29,553 bases of DNA from Methanobacteriaceae archaeon (GTDB lineage Archaea; Methanobacteriota; Methanobacteria; Methanobacteriales; Methanobacteriaceae). Below the pieces are notes generated by a model. It saw only the letters and a program-made list of their open reading frames with translations. It did no database searches and was not told the DNA's origin. This document shows positions 16,494 to 27,242 of the stretch, piece after piece. The position numbers were made by a program, and so were the translations under genes. The stretch is taken from contig PWMT01000010.1 of NCBI GenBank assembly GCA_003558085.1, positions 1 through 29,553 of the forward strand, given 5' to 3'. Numbering within the stretch: position 1 is the first letter of the stretch; every line of letters starts with the position of its first letter.

Positions 16494-18224
16494 ATGATGT
16501 CCAATCTAAAACTAGAAGATGAAGCTTGTCTAGTATTATGTGGAGAAGCTGGACAGGGAATTCAAACTGTGGAAAATATTATGATTCAGGCCTTAAAGAA
16601 AGGAGGCTACCATGTTTTCTCTACCAAAGAATACATGTCCAGAGTAAGGGGAGGTCAGAACTCAACTGAAATTAGAGTATCTTCGCGAAGAGTGAAAGCC
16701 TATAAAGAGGGAATAGATATTCTAGTAGCTTTAAGTCCCCAGGCCATTGATCATTTAAAAGAAAGAATAAGTTCTAAAACACTAATTATTGGTGATGAAG
16801 AAATATTAAAAGATGTAGATGATCGAAATTATAGGCTGCTTAAGTCACCATTTATCTCCCGAGCTAAACAACTAGGGGGTATAATATTTTCCAACGTCAT
16901 TGCTGCTGGAACCCTAGCCTGTATCATGGGAGTGGATAAAAAAATATTTGATAATATTATCACCTTACTCTTCAAATCTAAGGGTGAGGAAATCTTAAAA
17001 GGAGACTTAAAGGCAGGGGATGTGGGATATGAATTGGGATATAAATTAATGGAGAAGGGCATAACCATTAAAATAGAAAAAGACCCTAAAATCAGCAATG
17101 AAATCTTAATTAATGGTACAGAAGCGGTGGGGTTAGGCTGTATTTCTGGGGGATGTAGATTCATATCTTCCTATCCTATGACTCCCTCCAGTCCCTTACA
17201 ATCATTTTTAGCCAGCAATGCCTCTGACTTTGAATTAATTTTTGAGCAAGCTGAAGATGAAATAGCAGCTATAAACATGGCTTTAGGAGCTTCTTATGCC
17301 GGAGCCAGGGCGATGACTGCTACCTCAGGAAGTGGTTATGCTCTTATGGTAGAAGCAGTGGGATTAGCAGGAATGATTGAAACTCCAGTGGTAATCTATC
17401 TAGCTCAAAGACCAGGACCAGCGGTGGGACTTCCCACCCGTACTGCTCAGGAGGACTTAAATCTAGCCCTATATGGTTGTCCAGGGGAATTTCCACGCAT
17501 AATTTTTGCTCCAGGTAAATTCAAAGATGCCTTAGAATTATCCCATCAGGCCTTTAACCTGGCTGATAAATATCAGATACCAGTATTTATTTTATCGGAC
17601 CAATACTTTGCGGATATGTATTACAACCTTCCTTCCTTAACCATAGAGGATCTGGAAGTGGAAAACTATCTCCTTGAGACTAGTCAGGATTATAAACGTT
17701 ACCAGCTAACCTCAGATGGTATCTCTCCCCGAGGCGTTCCTGGTTATGGTCTGGGATTGGTAGGTGTGGATTCTGATGAACACGATGAAGAAGCACATAT
17801 AACTGAAGACCTAAATATGCGAACCAGAATGGTGGATAAAAGGCTTAAAAAGTTAGATGATATAAAAAAAGAGGCTATACCTGGAGAACTATTCAGCACC
17901 TCCTCTAATGGTAACTTTAAAAATTTAATCCTAGGATGGGGTTCTACTTACTGGCCTTTAAAAGAAGCATTAACTCTATTCGATGACCATGATATAGCCT
18001 TATTACATATTAAACAATTATATCCACTACACCCGGAAGTAGCAGAATATATAAAGAAAGCAGAAAGAAGTGTTATGTTTGAAAATAATGCCCAGGGTCA
18101 AATGGCCAATTTAATCGAATCTGAAACTGGTTTAAAAATAGATAAAAGAGTTTTAAAATACAATGGAATGCCCTTTTCAGTAGAAGAAATTTATGAAGTT
18201 TTAGAGAATCTAGAGGAGGATTAA
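16494..18224 (+). CDS. korA: 2-oxoacid:ferredoxin oxidoreductase alpha subunit (gamma-alpha fusion)
   Basis: [36 protein letters not shown] and [11 protein letters not shown]. Substrate specificity cannot be determined from sequence. Confidence 0.9.
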   Translation: MMSNLKLEDEACLVLCGEAGQGIQTVENIMIQALKKGGYHVFSTKEYMSRVRGGQNSTEIRVSSRRVKAYKEGIDILVALSPQAIDHLKERISSKTLIIGDEEILKDVDDRNYRLLKSPFISRAKQLGGIIFSNVIAAGTLACIMGVDKKIFDNIITLLFKSKGEEILKGDLKAGDVGYELGYKLMEKGITIKIEKDPKISNEILINGTEAVGLGCISGGCRFISSYPMTPSSPLQSFLASNASDFELIFEQAEDEIAAINMALGASYAGARAMTATSGSGYALMVEAVGLAGMIETPVVIYLAQRPGPAVGLPTRTAQEDLNLALYGCPGEFPRIIFAPGKFKDALELSHQAFNLADKYQIPVFILSDQYFADMYYNLPSLTIEDLEVENYLLETSQDYKRYQLTSDGISPRGVPGYGLGLVGVDSDEHDEEAHITEDLNMRTRMVDKRLKKLDDIKKEAIPGELFSTSSNGNFKNLILGWGSTYWPLKEALTLFDDHDIALLHIKQLYPLHPEVAEYIKKAERSVMFENNAQGQMANLIESETGLKIDKRVLKYNGMPFSVEEIYEVLENLEED

Positions 18225-18226
18225 AC

Positions 18227-19105
18227 ATGGATCCTGAAATATTTGATATGCCTGATGCAGATGTGGCTTGGTGTCCAGGTTGTGGAGATTTTCTTATTTT
18301 AAAGTCATTAAAGCAAGCTCTAGCTGATTTAGAAATAAATCCCTTAGAACTGGTACTGGTATCTGGGATTGGCCAAGCCGGGAAACTACCTCATTATCTA
18401 AAATCCAACTTCTATAATGGTTTACATGGTCGTTCATTATCACCAGCTACAGCTATTAAAGCTTCAAATCCTCAGTTAGTGGTTATTGACGTATCGGGAG
18501 ATGGATGTATGTATGGAGAGGGGGGTAATCATTTCTTACATAATATCCGTCGCAACCCAGATATCACTAATCTGGTGCACAATAATATGGTATACGGTCT
18601 TACCAAAGGTCAAGCATCACCTACCAGCCAAAAGGACTTTAAAACTCCTTTTCAAGTGGAAGGGGTATTTGAAGAACCATTCAATCCCCTATCAGTAGCT
18701 ATAGCTTTAGGTGCTACTTTCGTTGCCAGAACTTTTGCAGGGAATACTTCACAAACCACGGAAATAATTAAAAAAGCTATTAAACATCGCGGTTATGCTT
18801 TAGTAGATATCTTCCAACCATGTGTTACCTTTAACAAGTTCAACACTTTCCAATGGTTCAAGGATAATACTTACCAACTAGATGATTCACATGATCCCAC
18901 CCAAATTAAATTAGCCTTTGAGAAATCCCTTGAAGGTGGAGATGGTAAAGGTAAATTTCCTTTAGGGATTTTTTATATTGAACAGGGTAAGAGAACTTTT
19001 GAGGATAACTTACCAGTTTATCAGGAAGATAAAACACCTTTATTCCAAAGAAAAGTGGATAAAAATAAATTAAAAGCCTTTATCGAATCTAAAAGGGGCA
19101 TGTGA
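18227..19105 (+). CDS. korB: 2-oxoacid:ferredoxin oxidoreductase beta subunit
   Basis: WCPGCG, SGIG, LHGR, TPP-binding GDG...[13 protein letters not shown] and QPCVTFN. Starts 2 bp after the alpha subunit. Confidence 0.92.
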   Translation: MDPEIFDMPDADVAWCPGCGDFLILKSLKQALADLEINPLELVLVSGIGQAGKLPHYLKSNFYNGLHGRSLSPATAIKASNPQLVVIDVSGDGCMYGEGGNHFLHNIRRNPDITNLVHNNMVYGLTKGQASPTSQKDFKTPFQVEGVFEEPFNPLSVAIALGATFVARTFAGNTSQTTEIIKKAIKHRGYALVDIFQPCVTFNKFNTFQWFKDNTYQLDDSHDPTQIKLAFEKSLEGGDGKGKFPLGIFYIEQGKRTFEDNLPVYQEDKTPLFQRKVDKNKLKAFIESKRGM

Positions 19106-19163
19106 GGTTTAATATTTATATTTATATTATAATCTGTTAAATTTAATAAAGGGTAAGATAATC

Positions 19164-19574
19164 ATGTTTGAAGAAGAAATGGATTCCCGAGTTTATAAAC
19201 TTTTTATAACTCAACTTAAAGAAAACGATGAAGAAAACATTCGCTTTAGAGAAAGATTGGAACAGGCATATGATTTCCAGTGGGAAAATTATTCTAAACC
19301 TGGAGATAACAGTCGGGAGGATCTTAAAAATCAGATTAATGAGGCAGAAGTAGTCATATTATTATCAGGTCTTTATTCTCTCTATCCTTATTACCTGGAA
19401 CAAGTGGTTGATATCTCCCAGGAACAAAAAAAGCCACTGGTTATTATTCGCCCCTATGGAATGGAGAATGTACCACTGGAACTGGAAGAAAAAGCACAGG
19501 AAGTGGTGGGCTGGAATTCACCTTGTATAGTGGATGCGATTAAAGGTGTTTTAGGGCTGGGAGAAGGAATCTGA
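19164..19574 (+). CDS. Stand-alone TIR-like domain protein (MTH538 / DUF1863 / ThsB-like)
   Basis: YKLFIT, F.W.NYS.P, L..QI..A.VVILL.G.Y, KP...IRPYG...VP and VVGWN...IVDAI match the MTH538-type TIR pattern. Confidence 0.8.
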   Translation: MFEEEMDSRVYKLFITQLKENDEENIRFRERLEQAYDFQWENYSKPGDNSREDLKNQINEAEVVILLSGLYSLYPYYLEQVVDISQEQKKPLVIIRPYGMENVPLELEEKAQEVVGWNSPCIVDAIKGVLGLGEGI

Positions 19575-19588
19575 TCTATTTAAATAAA

Positions 19589-22354
19589 TTAGCTTGTTAC
19601 TTTCAAATCAGAAATAACCTTATCCACAATAACCTGGGATTCGCCTTCCTCTTTTTTTACTTTAATGATATTATCAGCTGCTTCCTCCAGATTCAAATCA
19701 TGGCTGACGATAATCATCTGGGGTAAGATGGACATTTTCTTTAAAATATCGATTAATTCCTGCCGCCGGTAATCATCCAAGTGAATAGTGGGTTCATCCA
19801 ACATGATAAGCTCTAATTTACCCCCAGAAAGTACCTTGGTAATACCTAAACGCATGGCCAATGCCACCGCAATCTTTTCTCCGCCACTAATCATATCTAG
19901 ACTGGTTTTACCACCAGGACCATATATTTCCACATTGTAGTCCTCATCTATGGAAATGTCTGAATATTCAAAGTTAAACTGATCAAAGAAAGCTCTGCTA
20001 TGCTGTTCAATCAGGGGACGGGAAATATTTCTAAGATCCTTCTGCACTCCATCTTTACCATAAAGGTCACGAATATAATTCAACAGTTTGAGGAAATCTT
20101 CCAGGTCAAACATTTCACTTTCATATTTCTTCAGGGACTGCAATTCCTTTTCAATATCCCTAATAGAACGGTTTATTACATTTAAGCTTCCTTCATTCTC
20201 TTTTTTCTGGCCATTACAATTTAGAAAAGTTTTATTTTTATTATCAAACTCTTCTATTAACTGTTGGTGATAGGATTTATCATAATAGAGTTCTTCCAAT
20301 TTATTCTCTAATGAATATATGTGGTTATCTGTCTTGTGGATTTCTTCTTGGTTTTCATCTAATTTCTGGATAAGTGAACTTTTCTGAGTGATTATACCTT
20401 GTAGTTTATTTAACTCTGCTTTCAGATTTTCTAGCTCCTGGAGATCTGCTTCGATTTTTTCCAGGTTAACCTGCGGACCATCATCTATTATTTTTAGATA
20501 TTCAGGCGCTGCTTGGGGAACTAATTTATCTATTTTCAAGTGGCAATTTTTAATTTCCTCTAAAAGATAATTTAATCTAGATTTCATTGCTTCAGGATCT
20601 TCAAATGTTTCCAGGGCATGCTTTGCTTTCAAGTATTTCTCATTTTTATCCTTAATTTCTTTTAATCTACTCTTTTTTGAGTGAATATTGGATTCTATCT
20701 CATCCAATTTAAAGGACTTGATTTTTAATTTTTCCCCTTCTATTTCACATTTTTCCAGTTCCTGCTGTTGTTTCGTTAGGGTTTTGATTTTTTCCTGCAA
20801 GATATCTAATTTAATTTTTTGAAGAGATCGCTCTTTTTGATTTAAGGCTTTTTTTTGTTTACTTAATTGTTTTAAAGTATCCTTTAAACTTTTTATTCTT
20901 TCTTTATTCATTGCAATTTCATGGGAATACTTATTCTCCAGGGATTCCTTTTTTGTTTTATCAATGGTAGATTCGCATACCGGGCACTTGTCTTCAACCT
21001 GTGTCAATTCCTCTAAAGGTTTCTTCAGTTTTTGGTTCTGGTCTTTTAGTGAAGAAATTTCTGAATTTAAGTTATTAATCTCCTCATCTAAAAATTCCAT
21101 CTTTTTTAGGGTATCCTTGCTCACTTTTTTAAACTGTTCTTGGATTTCGGCTAGAGAATCTAAGCTTGTATCCATTATTTGATTATATTCTGTAATTTTT
21201 GCTTCAATTTCCTGGTTTAGAACCTGAATATTATTTTTCAACTCAGTTTTCCTAGCTTCCACACTTTTAATAAGTGCTCTAGTACCCTCAAATTCTAATT
21301 TATCATCCAATAAGATCTGAATTTTCTTATCAATATCTAAATATTCCTTATGATATATTTGGTATTGTCTTAGAACATCATTATAGGATTGGATCTTCTT
21401 TAAATTCTGACTAAGTTGTTCTTCTTCTCTTTTAAAATCTTTTAAATTTAAACCCAGAGAATGTAAGGGGATTAAAAAATTTAGGGAGTCAATAACTTGT
21501 TTTAATTCAGCTGCTTTAATTTCCTTCTTCTTTAGGTTCTCTAAGTCGAAAAGTAAAATTTCCTGATCCTTTTTTAGTTTAGAGAGAAAATCATGGTGGG
21601 ATTTTATTTGTGAGGAGATATCATGGAAGGCTATTTTTTTTTCATCCATCTTATCTTTCTCATTTTTTATTTGCTTTAAATCTTCTAAGATTCCCTGGAT
21701 ATTCTCCTCTATCTCACTTATTTTTAATTCAATACTGGACTTTTATGCTTTTTTAGACTTTAATTCATCCTGCCAGTGTTTTTTAGATTCTAATACTCCT
21801 CTTAAATGTTCTTTTTTTTCTCTATAATGACTTATAAGTGGTCCCATATTTTTCCAGGCTGCTTCCAGGGATTCAATTCCAAGTAATTTGCCCATGAATT
21901 TTTTTTTCTCGCCAGGGGTTTTATCAATCAAATCCGCTATTTCACCCTGTTTCACATAGACCGCATTTAGGAATAGTTTACTATCCATCTCCAGTAGTTT
22001 CTCAATTTCCAGAGTCACTGATTTATCCCCTGCGAGGATCTGATGATAACCAGCACCATCCTTTAATTCTAAAAAAGCTCTTGATAATTTATTATTTCTC
22101 TTGCGGGTGACCCGGTAAGTATTACTGTTAGCAATGAATTCCAGAACCACCTTCATCTTTTCCTCTCCACATTTAACTAGTTTTTGCAGACTCCTAGGTG
22201 AATAATCCTTGAATAGAGCAAAGCTAACCGCTTCCAGTATACTGGTTTTACCTGCTCCATTTTCGCCCATTATAATCGATATGCCTGCAGGAAAATCTAT
22301 ATTGTTTGAGGAGTGCGATTTGAAGTTCTCCATTTTCAGATTTTTAATGATCAT
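19589..22354 (-). CDS. rad50: Rad50 ATPase, interrupted by one in-frame TAA (21743-21745)
   Basis: Walker A GENGAGKTS, Q-loop YVKQGEI, coiled coil, zinc hook CPVC, signature SGGE, Walker B LIMLDEP. The two track ORFs share one frame, with 31 sense codons between the TAA and ATG 21649. Start ATG 22354 behind GAGG. Confidence 0.92.
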
Positions 22355-23483
22355 ATAATTCCTCATAGAATTTGTGGGTTAATTCTTCAGCATTTTCTAG
22401 TCTTCCTTCCCCTATTTCTTGTAACAGTTCCAATGCTAAATTAGTCACCAGTTCACTGTCCAGATCACTTAAACGTTCTCTCAGCATAGATTTAACATCC
22501 AGACTGTGTCCTTTCCTTAATATTTTTTCATTCTCCAGGGATTCTATCTGAAAATTGGGCCGCATAGTTAAAACTAGATCAGAAAAAGCCTTATTCAGTT
22601 CTTCGAACGCTTCAACACGGGAGAAATTCCCTCCTTTCACCGTTAAATGTAAAACTGGTTTCTGCGGGAGTTTAAGGATTTCCTTTTTAAGTTGTTCTAT
22701 TTCAGCCTTTCGCTGGGAATATTCCATCTCTTTCTGGATAAATTCTCGGGGCAGATCCAGATTAACTGCTTCCACATCTAGTAAGTCTCCAGCTAAGTCC
22801 ACTAGATAATATCCTTTACCTTTTTTCTGGTAGTTTCCCACTTCATCCAGCTTCCATATATCAGTAGATCCAGGATAAGCCATTTTACCTTCACCAAAAT
22901 CATCTAAGATTCGGTTATGAATATGGCCCATGGCATAATAATCAAATGTTTCTGGTATCTGTGCCAGTTCCAATTCATATTCAAAAGGAAGATACTTATC
23001 TATACCCTGATGCAGTATCAAAATGGACTTAGCATAATTTTGAGAGGCCTTTTCCAGTTGCTTCAAACAATCCTCCAATGAAGCTGAATGATACTTGGAA
23101 ACATAGGGTGAACCACCTAAAAAAATATCCTCATGGTTGAAGTAGGGATGGTTCGAACTGAGTACCTTCAAACCAAATTCTTTAAATAGTAGCTGAGGTG
23201 GTAGGGCGTTTTTACGCATAACAGTATCATGATTACCGGGTACTGCGTAAATCGGTATTCCAGCATCTTTAAAAGCTAAAAAACCTTTTTGAACATGTAA
23301 TAAGGCCTGGGTGGGTGGTCTTGAAAATTCAAAAAGATCACCAGAGTGGATTACAAAATCAGGTCGTTCCTGGACAATACTGGTAACTATTTCTTCAAAA
23401 ACATTATAATAATCCTTTTCCCTCTCATAAAGTCCGTATTGCCGGTAACCAAGATGGGTGTCCGCTAAGTGGGCAAATCTCAT
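22344..23483 (-). CDS. mre11: Mre11 nuclease
   Basis: Phosphoesterase motifs DTHLG, GDLF, GNHD, LHQ and GHIH. TGATG overlap with the herA stop. Confidence 0.95.
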   Translation of the reverse strand: MRFAHLADTHLGYRQYGLYEREKDYYNVFEEIVTSIVQERPDFVIHSGDLFEFSRPPTQALLHVQKGFLAFKDAGIPIYAVPGNHDTVMRKNALPPQLLFKEFGLKVLSSNHPYFNHEDIFLGGSPYVSKYHSASLEDCLKQLEKASQNYAKSILILHQGIDKYLPFEYELELAQIPETFDYYAMGHIHNRILDDFGEGKMAYPGSTDIWKLDEVGNYQKKGKGYYLVDLAGDLLDVEAVNLDLPREFIQKEMEYSQRKAEIEQLKKEILKLPQKPVLHLTVKGGNFSRVEAFEELNKAFSDLVLTMRPNFQIESLENEKILRKGHSLDVKSMLRERLSDLDSELVTNLALELLQEIGEGRLENAEELTHKFYEELYDH

Positions 23484-25012
23484 CAATAATCCCCTCCCAG
23501 ATTTCGTATTTCATTTCTCTGTTTCTGGATGAGTTCCTTCTTTTCCTGTGAAGACTTTTTCCATAAATCAATAACTGCTAAATCCTGACCAAACTCCTTA
23601 TTTTTATGTTCATCGATTTTTACCAAGGCAGGGATTTTAGTCATCAGCCCTAAAACCACTGCTTCACCTATATTAAGAGATGGTAATTGTTTGAGGAGAT
23701 CATCACTCAGATTTTCACTGGCAGATTGCACATGACGCTGATCCTGTGGTTCCACTAGACGCAAAATAATCATGTTATTGGCTTGAGATAAAGAATCAGG
23801 ATCAAGGGATTTAGGGCTCTGGCTCACCAGACACAGCCCCAAACCAAATTTACGTCCTTCTCGAGCTATTCTACTAATCCAAAATTTAGCTTCCGTATTT
23901 CTAGTTTTAGGCGCCAGCAAATGAGCTTCCTCTAAAACAAAAAATATAGGGTAATTTAAGTTAGCTTGGCCTTCATCTTTACGTAACCATTTTTTATTAT
24001 TCTCCAGGGCGTGGCGTAGTACATGGCTAACTATAACCTCTGCAGCAGACTCATCCACCGAACCCAGATCAATGATATTGGCTTTGCCCAGCTCCAGTTT
24101 AGTTAAAATTTTCCCAGCAGCAAGATTAATTATGGAACTGTAGCGTCTTTTCATGTCCTCTAACTTATTTATAACATCCACGATCTGTTTTTCCTTAGAA
24201 ACATCCTGACCTTGAAATTTGGTTTCACCGCTGGACCATCCCTCCAATATCTTACGCATAGACTGGATAAAATCATAAGGATTTATATCTCCGTTTCTTA
24301 TCTCTTCTTGGACTAATCTATAGGCTTCTGCAAAGTAACGCTCCTGAATATAAGCTTTAGCATCAATTCGTGAAAGCCTTTTTATTTCCACAAAAGACAT
24401 GTACTTGGGATTAATTTCAGGTCTTATAACTTTAGAGGATCCATTTTGGTAATTTATATCATATTCAGAATGCATATCAAATATAACTACACATCCATGA
24501 TATTTTAGGATTCCATCTATTACTATTGCTACAGTGTTGGATTTTCCAGCTCCAGTCATGGCCAGTATAGCTAAATGGCGGGAGAACATTTTTTCTAAAT
24601 CTACCCGAACCTCCACCTGGTCTTGGCTGATGAGGCTTCCTAATTTAAGGCTTTTTTCTAGGGGGAATATTTCTTCCAAGTCACTTTTGGAGGCAGGTAG
24701 TACTTCTGTTCCTGGTGGTGCAGGAGTACGGGGAATGCGTAAATTATCCTGCAAATCCCCTAATATTCGCACACCACCGCGGATGTAATGGTCATCTCCT
24801 TCGATTTCCCTGATTTTTTGTATGGTTTTCGGATCGAATATATCTTCAGTAATAGATACACTGCCACGTACCAGGGATTCAATCATTCCCAACACATTTT
24901 TCCCATCATAGGTCAAGGAAACATATTCCCCTACCTGGGGCATTTCTTTAGAAATAAAACTGACCTTTATCGGTGATGTTTCTCCAATACAACTTCCTAT
25001 GACTTTTTTCAT
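23483..25012 (-). CDS. herA: HerA bipolar DNA helicase/translocase
   Basis: N-terminal HAS barrel, RHLAILAMTGAGKS, DMHSEY, LEEAH, IAREGRKFG and SQSP. Operon context fits. Confidence 0.95.
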   Translation of the reverse strand: MKKVIGSCIGETSPIKVSFISKEMPQVGEYVSLTYDGKNVLGMIESLVRGSVSITEDIFDPKTIQKIREIEGDDHYIRGGVRILGDLQDNLRIPRTPAPPGTEVLPASKSDLEEIFPLEKSLKLGSLISQDQVEVRVDLEKMFSRHLAILAMTGAGKSNTVAIVIDGILKYHGCVVIFDMHSEYDINYQNGSSKVIRPEINPKYMSFVEIKRLSRIDAKAYIQERYFAEAYRLVQEEIRNGDINPYDFIQSMRKILEGWSSGETKFQGQDVSKEKQIVDVINKLEDMKRRYSSIINLAAGKILTKLELGKANIIDLGSVDESAAEVIVSHVLRHALENNKKWLRKDEGQANLNYPIFFVLEEAHLLAPKTRNTEAKFWISRIAREGRKFGLGLCLVSQSPKSLDPDSLSQANNMIILRLVEPQDQRHVQSASENLSDDLLKQLPSLNIGEAVVLGLMTKIPALVKIDEHKNKEFGQDLAVIDLWKKSSQEKKELIQKQRNEIRNLGGDY

Positions 25013-26064
25013 AACATTTCTCTCCCATCCTTTTCAAGCCAACCCATCATCAATGAAAGTCTCTCCAGATCACGCATTTTTATCACTACATCATTATGTG
25101 CTTTTTTTAAAAGGTAAGGATATCCTTCCACACTATTCCCTTTTAAAATACTTAATATATTCTCTATTTGATCATCATCGGCTTTATAGGGAACTTCTAT
25201 CTTCAGCATATTTTTATGGTCTTCTAGTCTGGCGTAAAATATAGTGAATTCTTTATCCCGAAAGTATTGATTTAGCACTGGAAATTCTCTTTTCACCTCA
25301 CCAGAAACCTTTAAAAATAAGGGCTGGGAATATCCCTCTTTTTTGTTACTGCGGTCAAATAGGGAGATGTCAGGTATGTTGCTGTGAAAGTAATCATTGC
25401 GGGTGGATGTTTTAGATATGGCCACTATTTTTTTTTCATCTCCTAAGAGCTCACGCATAACTATTAAACTTTCCAGATTCTCTAAATAAGTTAAAGACTC
25501 CAAGGCAGGTATAAATTTAGAATAGATATCTTCAGCAAATTTAGAAGAGCTGATCTCCACTTTATTCTTATTCAATTCCTTTTCCAGGGGGAACAAATAT
25601 TCTTTAATAATCTCTTTTTTGGTCCCAGTTCTAAGTTCTCTATCCAGGGGGAAGGGTCTGATCAAATTACCTAAAAGAGAACCATCAAATAGATAATAAT
25701 CTACATTTTTATTTTGCAAAGCTATTAGAGCATTTTTTAATTCATATAAACCCATATAATTTCTTAAACGATCCTCTACAAATCGATGGTGAGGGATAAT
25801 ATCCACATCAGAGCTTTCAATTCTCTCCAGCCGGGACTCATAAATGAGGGTTTCAGCACTGATAGCATAAAAAATAAAACTTAAAAATTTTTTCTTCTGA
25901 ATACTACCATCCCCTGCAGAAAGGTTTATCCTGGATTTATTAATTTTAAGGGGTTTCTCTTTCCATTTTAAGGATGGTTGGATATCTGGGTTAATAAATT
26001 CATCTAATTTTTCTAATATAGTTTCTCTTTTGTTTAAAGTTAGTTTAAGTAATGATTCCAGCAT
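25009..26064 (-). CDS. nurA: NurA nuclease
   Basis: AGDGS, FDGSL, ISKTS and GYPYLLKKAH. ATGA overlap with herA. Start ATG 26064 behind AGGTGG. Confidence 0.93.
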   Translation of the reverse strand: MLESLLKLTLNKRETILEKLDEFINPDIQPSLKWKEKPLKINKSRINLSAGDGSIQKKKFLSFIFYAISAETLIYESRLERIESSDVDIIPHHRFVEDRLRNYMGLYELKNALIALQNKNVDYYLFDGSLLGNLIRPFPLDRELRTGTKKEIIKEYLFPLEKELNKNKVEISSSKFAEDIYSKFIPALESLTYLENLESLIVMRELLGDEKKIVAISKTSTRNDYFHSNIPDISLFDRSNKKEGYSQPLFLKVSGEVKREFPVLNQYFRDKEFTIFYARLEDHKNMLKIEVPYKADDDQIENILSILKGNSVEGYPYLLKKAHNDVVIKMRDLERLSLMMGWLEKDGREML

Positions 26065-26199
26065 GAATCCACCTAAATGATGTTTATAACAATTTATCCA
26101 AGCGCTAATTTTTTTATAAAAGTACATCCCTGCTCATTTATATTAGACTTAAATCTCCACCCTTATATATTTTACATTTACAATTCCAAAATAAATTGA

Positions 26200-26269
26200 A
26201 ATAATTGATGTTTATTATAATACCATTACAATAAATTATGTTTATTATGCAATAATTGATGTTATTATT
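26200..26269. repeat. Three imperfect ~19-bp repeats upstream of the nurA operon
   Basis: AATAATTGATGTTTATTAT (26200), AATAAATTATGTTTATTAT (26230), AATAATTGATGTTATTATT (26251). Confidence 0.55.
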
Positions 26270-26365
26270 TACAAATTTCTCATCCTAAGTAATTATTTAT
26301 TTTAATCCCCTAGTTAGATTAAATAGACATTAAAAAGAGAGGATTACCTATTTTCTTTCTAAATT

Positions 26366-27043
26366 TTATTCCTTTTCAATAATTACCGCTGTACCATAAG
26401 CCAGGATTTCCTTCATCTGCTCTGATATATCATCTGAATCGAATCGGGTGTTGATTATTGCATTAGCACCTAATCCCTGGGCATATTCTAACATACTTTT
26501 AAGTGCTTCTTTGCGAGATTCTTCCATAATCTTAACAAATTCTCTTATTTCATCTTCAGAAATAGAATGCATATCTGAGTTATCGTCTCCTCCTGATATC
26601 TTACTTATAACTGTAAGACCATATACAAATCCTAAGGTTTTAACGGCCTTATAACCAGTCACATAATCAGCATTAACTATGAGTATATCTGCCATAGTTT
26701 CATCTTTAAATTCAGCATTAGAAGGAATGGTTATTGAAGGTGTATTCAATGTTGATTGCGGCGGACTGCTACTTGTGGCTTTTTCTGGCGGAATTATTTT
26801 AGATTCTTCCAATAATTCTTCTTTATCTTCCACTAACTTGTTACCACATTCTGTACAGAACATGGCATCTTCTGAAAATTCTAAATTACAATTAGTACAA
26901 CGCATCAAATTTCCCGGGGCTACATCAGGTGTAATGTTTTTAGTTCTATGCACTCTATCTTCAACAGATTTAGATCGGGAAACTCCACCTCTTTTTTCTT
27001 CTAATCTTCTTTTTATTTCCTCATTACTTACCATTTTAACCAT
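26366..27043 (-). CDS. Zinc-ribbon + YbjQ/UPF0145 domain protein
   Basis: CTNC...FCTECG zinc ribbon, P/S/T-rich linker, then YbjQ motifs (V.GYK....LG.VYG, ESRKEAL..M...A..LGANAII..RFD, EILAYGTAV). SD AGGTGAG. Confidence 0.85.
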   Translation of the reverse strand: MVKMVSNEEIKRRLEEKRGGVSRSKSVEDRVHRTKNITPDVAPGNLMRCTNCNLEFSEDAMFCTECGNKLVEDKEELLEESKIIPPEKATSSSPPQSTLNTPSITIPSNAEFKDETMADILIVNADYVTGYKAVKTLGFVYGLTVISKISGGDDNSDMHSISEDEIREFVKIMEESRKEALKSMLEYAQGLGANAIINTRFDSDDISEQMKEILAYGTAVIIEKE

Positions 27044-27242
27044 CTCACCTAAAATTTCTATCCTGAGGTTTTATAAACTAAAATCTAATCTTGATAGAAA
27101 ATAATTACTTTTTATTTAAAATATGCTATGTTGGTTAAATAATTTAAACTTGTTATTGCTTACTAGCTAATAACACCTAAAAAAAAATAGATAATCTTAG
27201 ATAAGTATGTATTTATAAAAAAATCAGGGTTTATATTAATTT

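Noticed and set aside
19164-19574. Thoeris anti-phage system
   Set aside because: There is no ThsA (SIR2/Macro/SLOG) partner, the context is housekeeping, and the catalytic Glu appears to be missing.
21650-21745. Programmed frameshift, intron or intein splitting rad50
   Set aside because: Both parts share one frame and the intervening 31 codons are ordinary coiled coil. Only a single stop codon is involved.
23483-26064. HerA-based defence system
   Set aside because: This is the canonical archaeal nurA-herA-mre11-rad50 repair operon.
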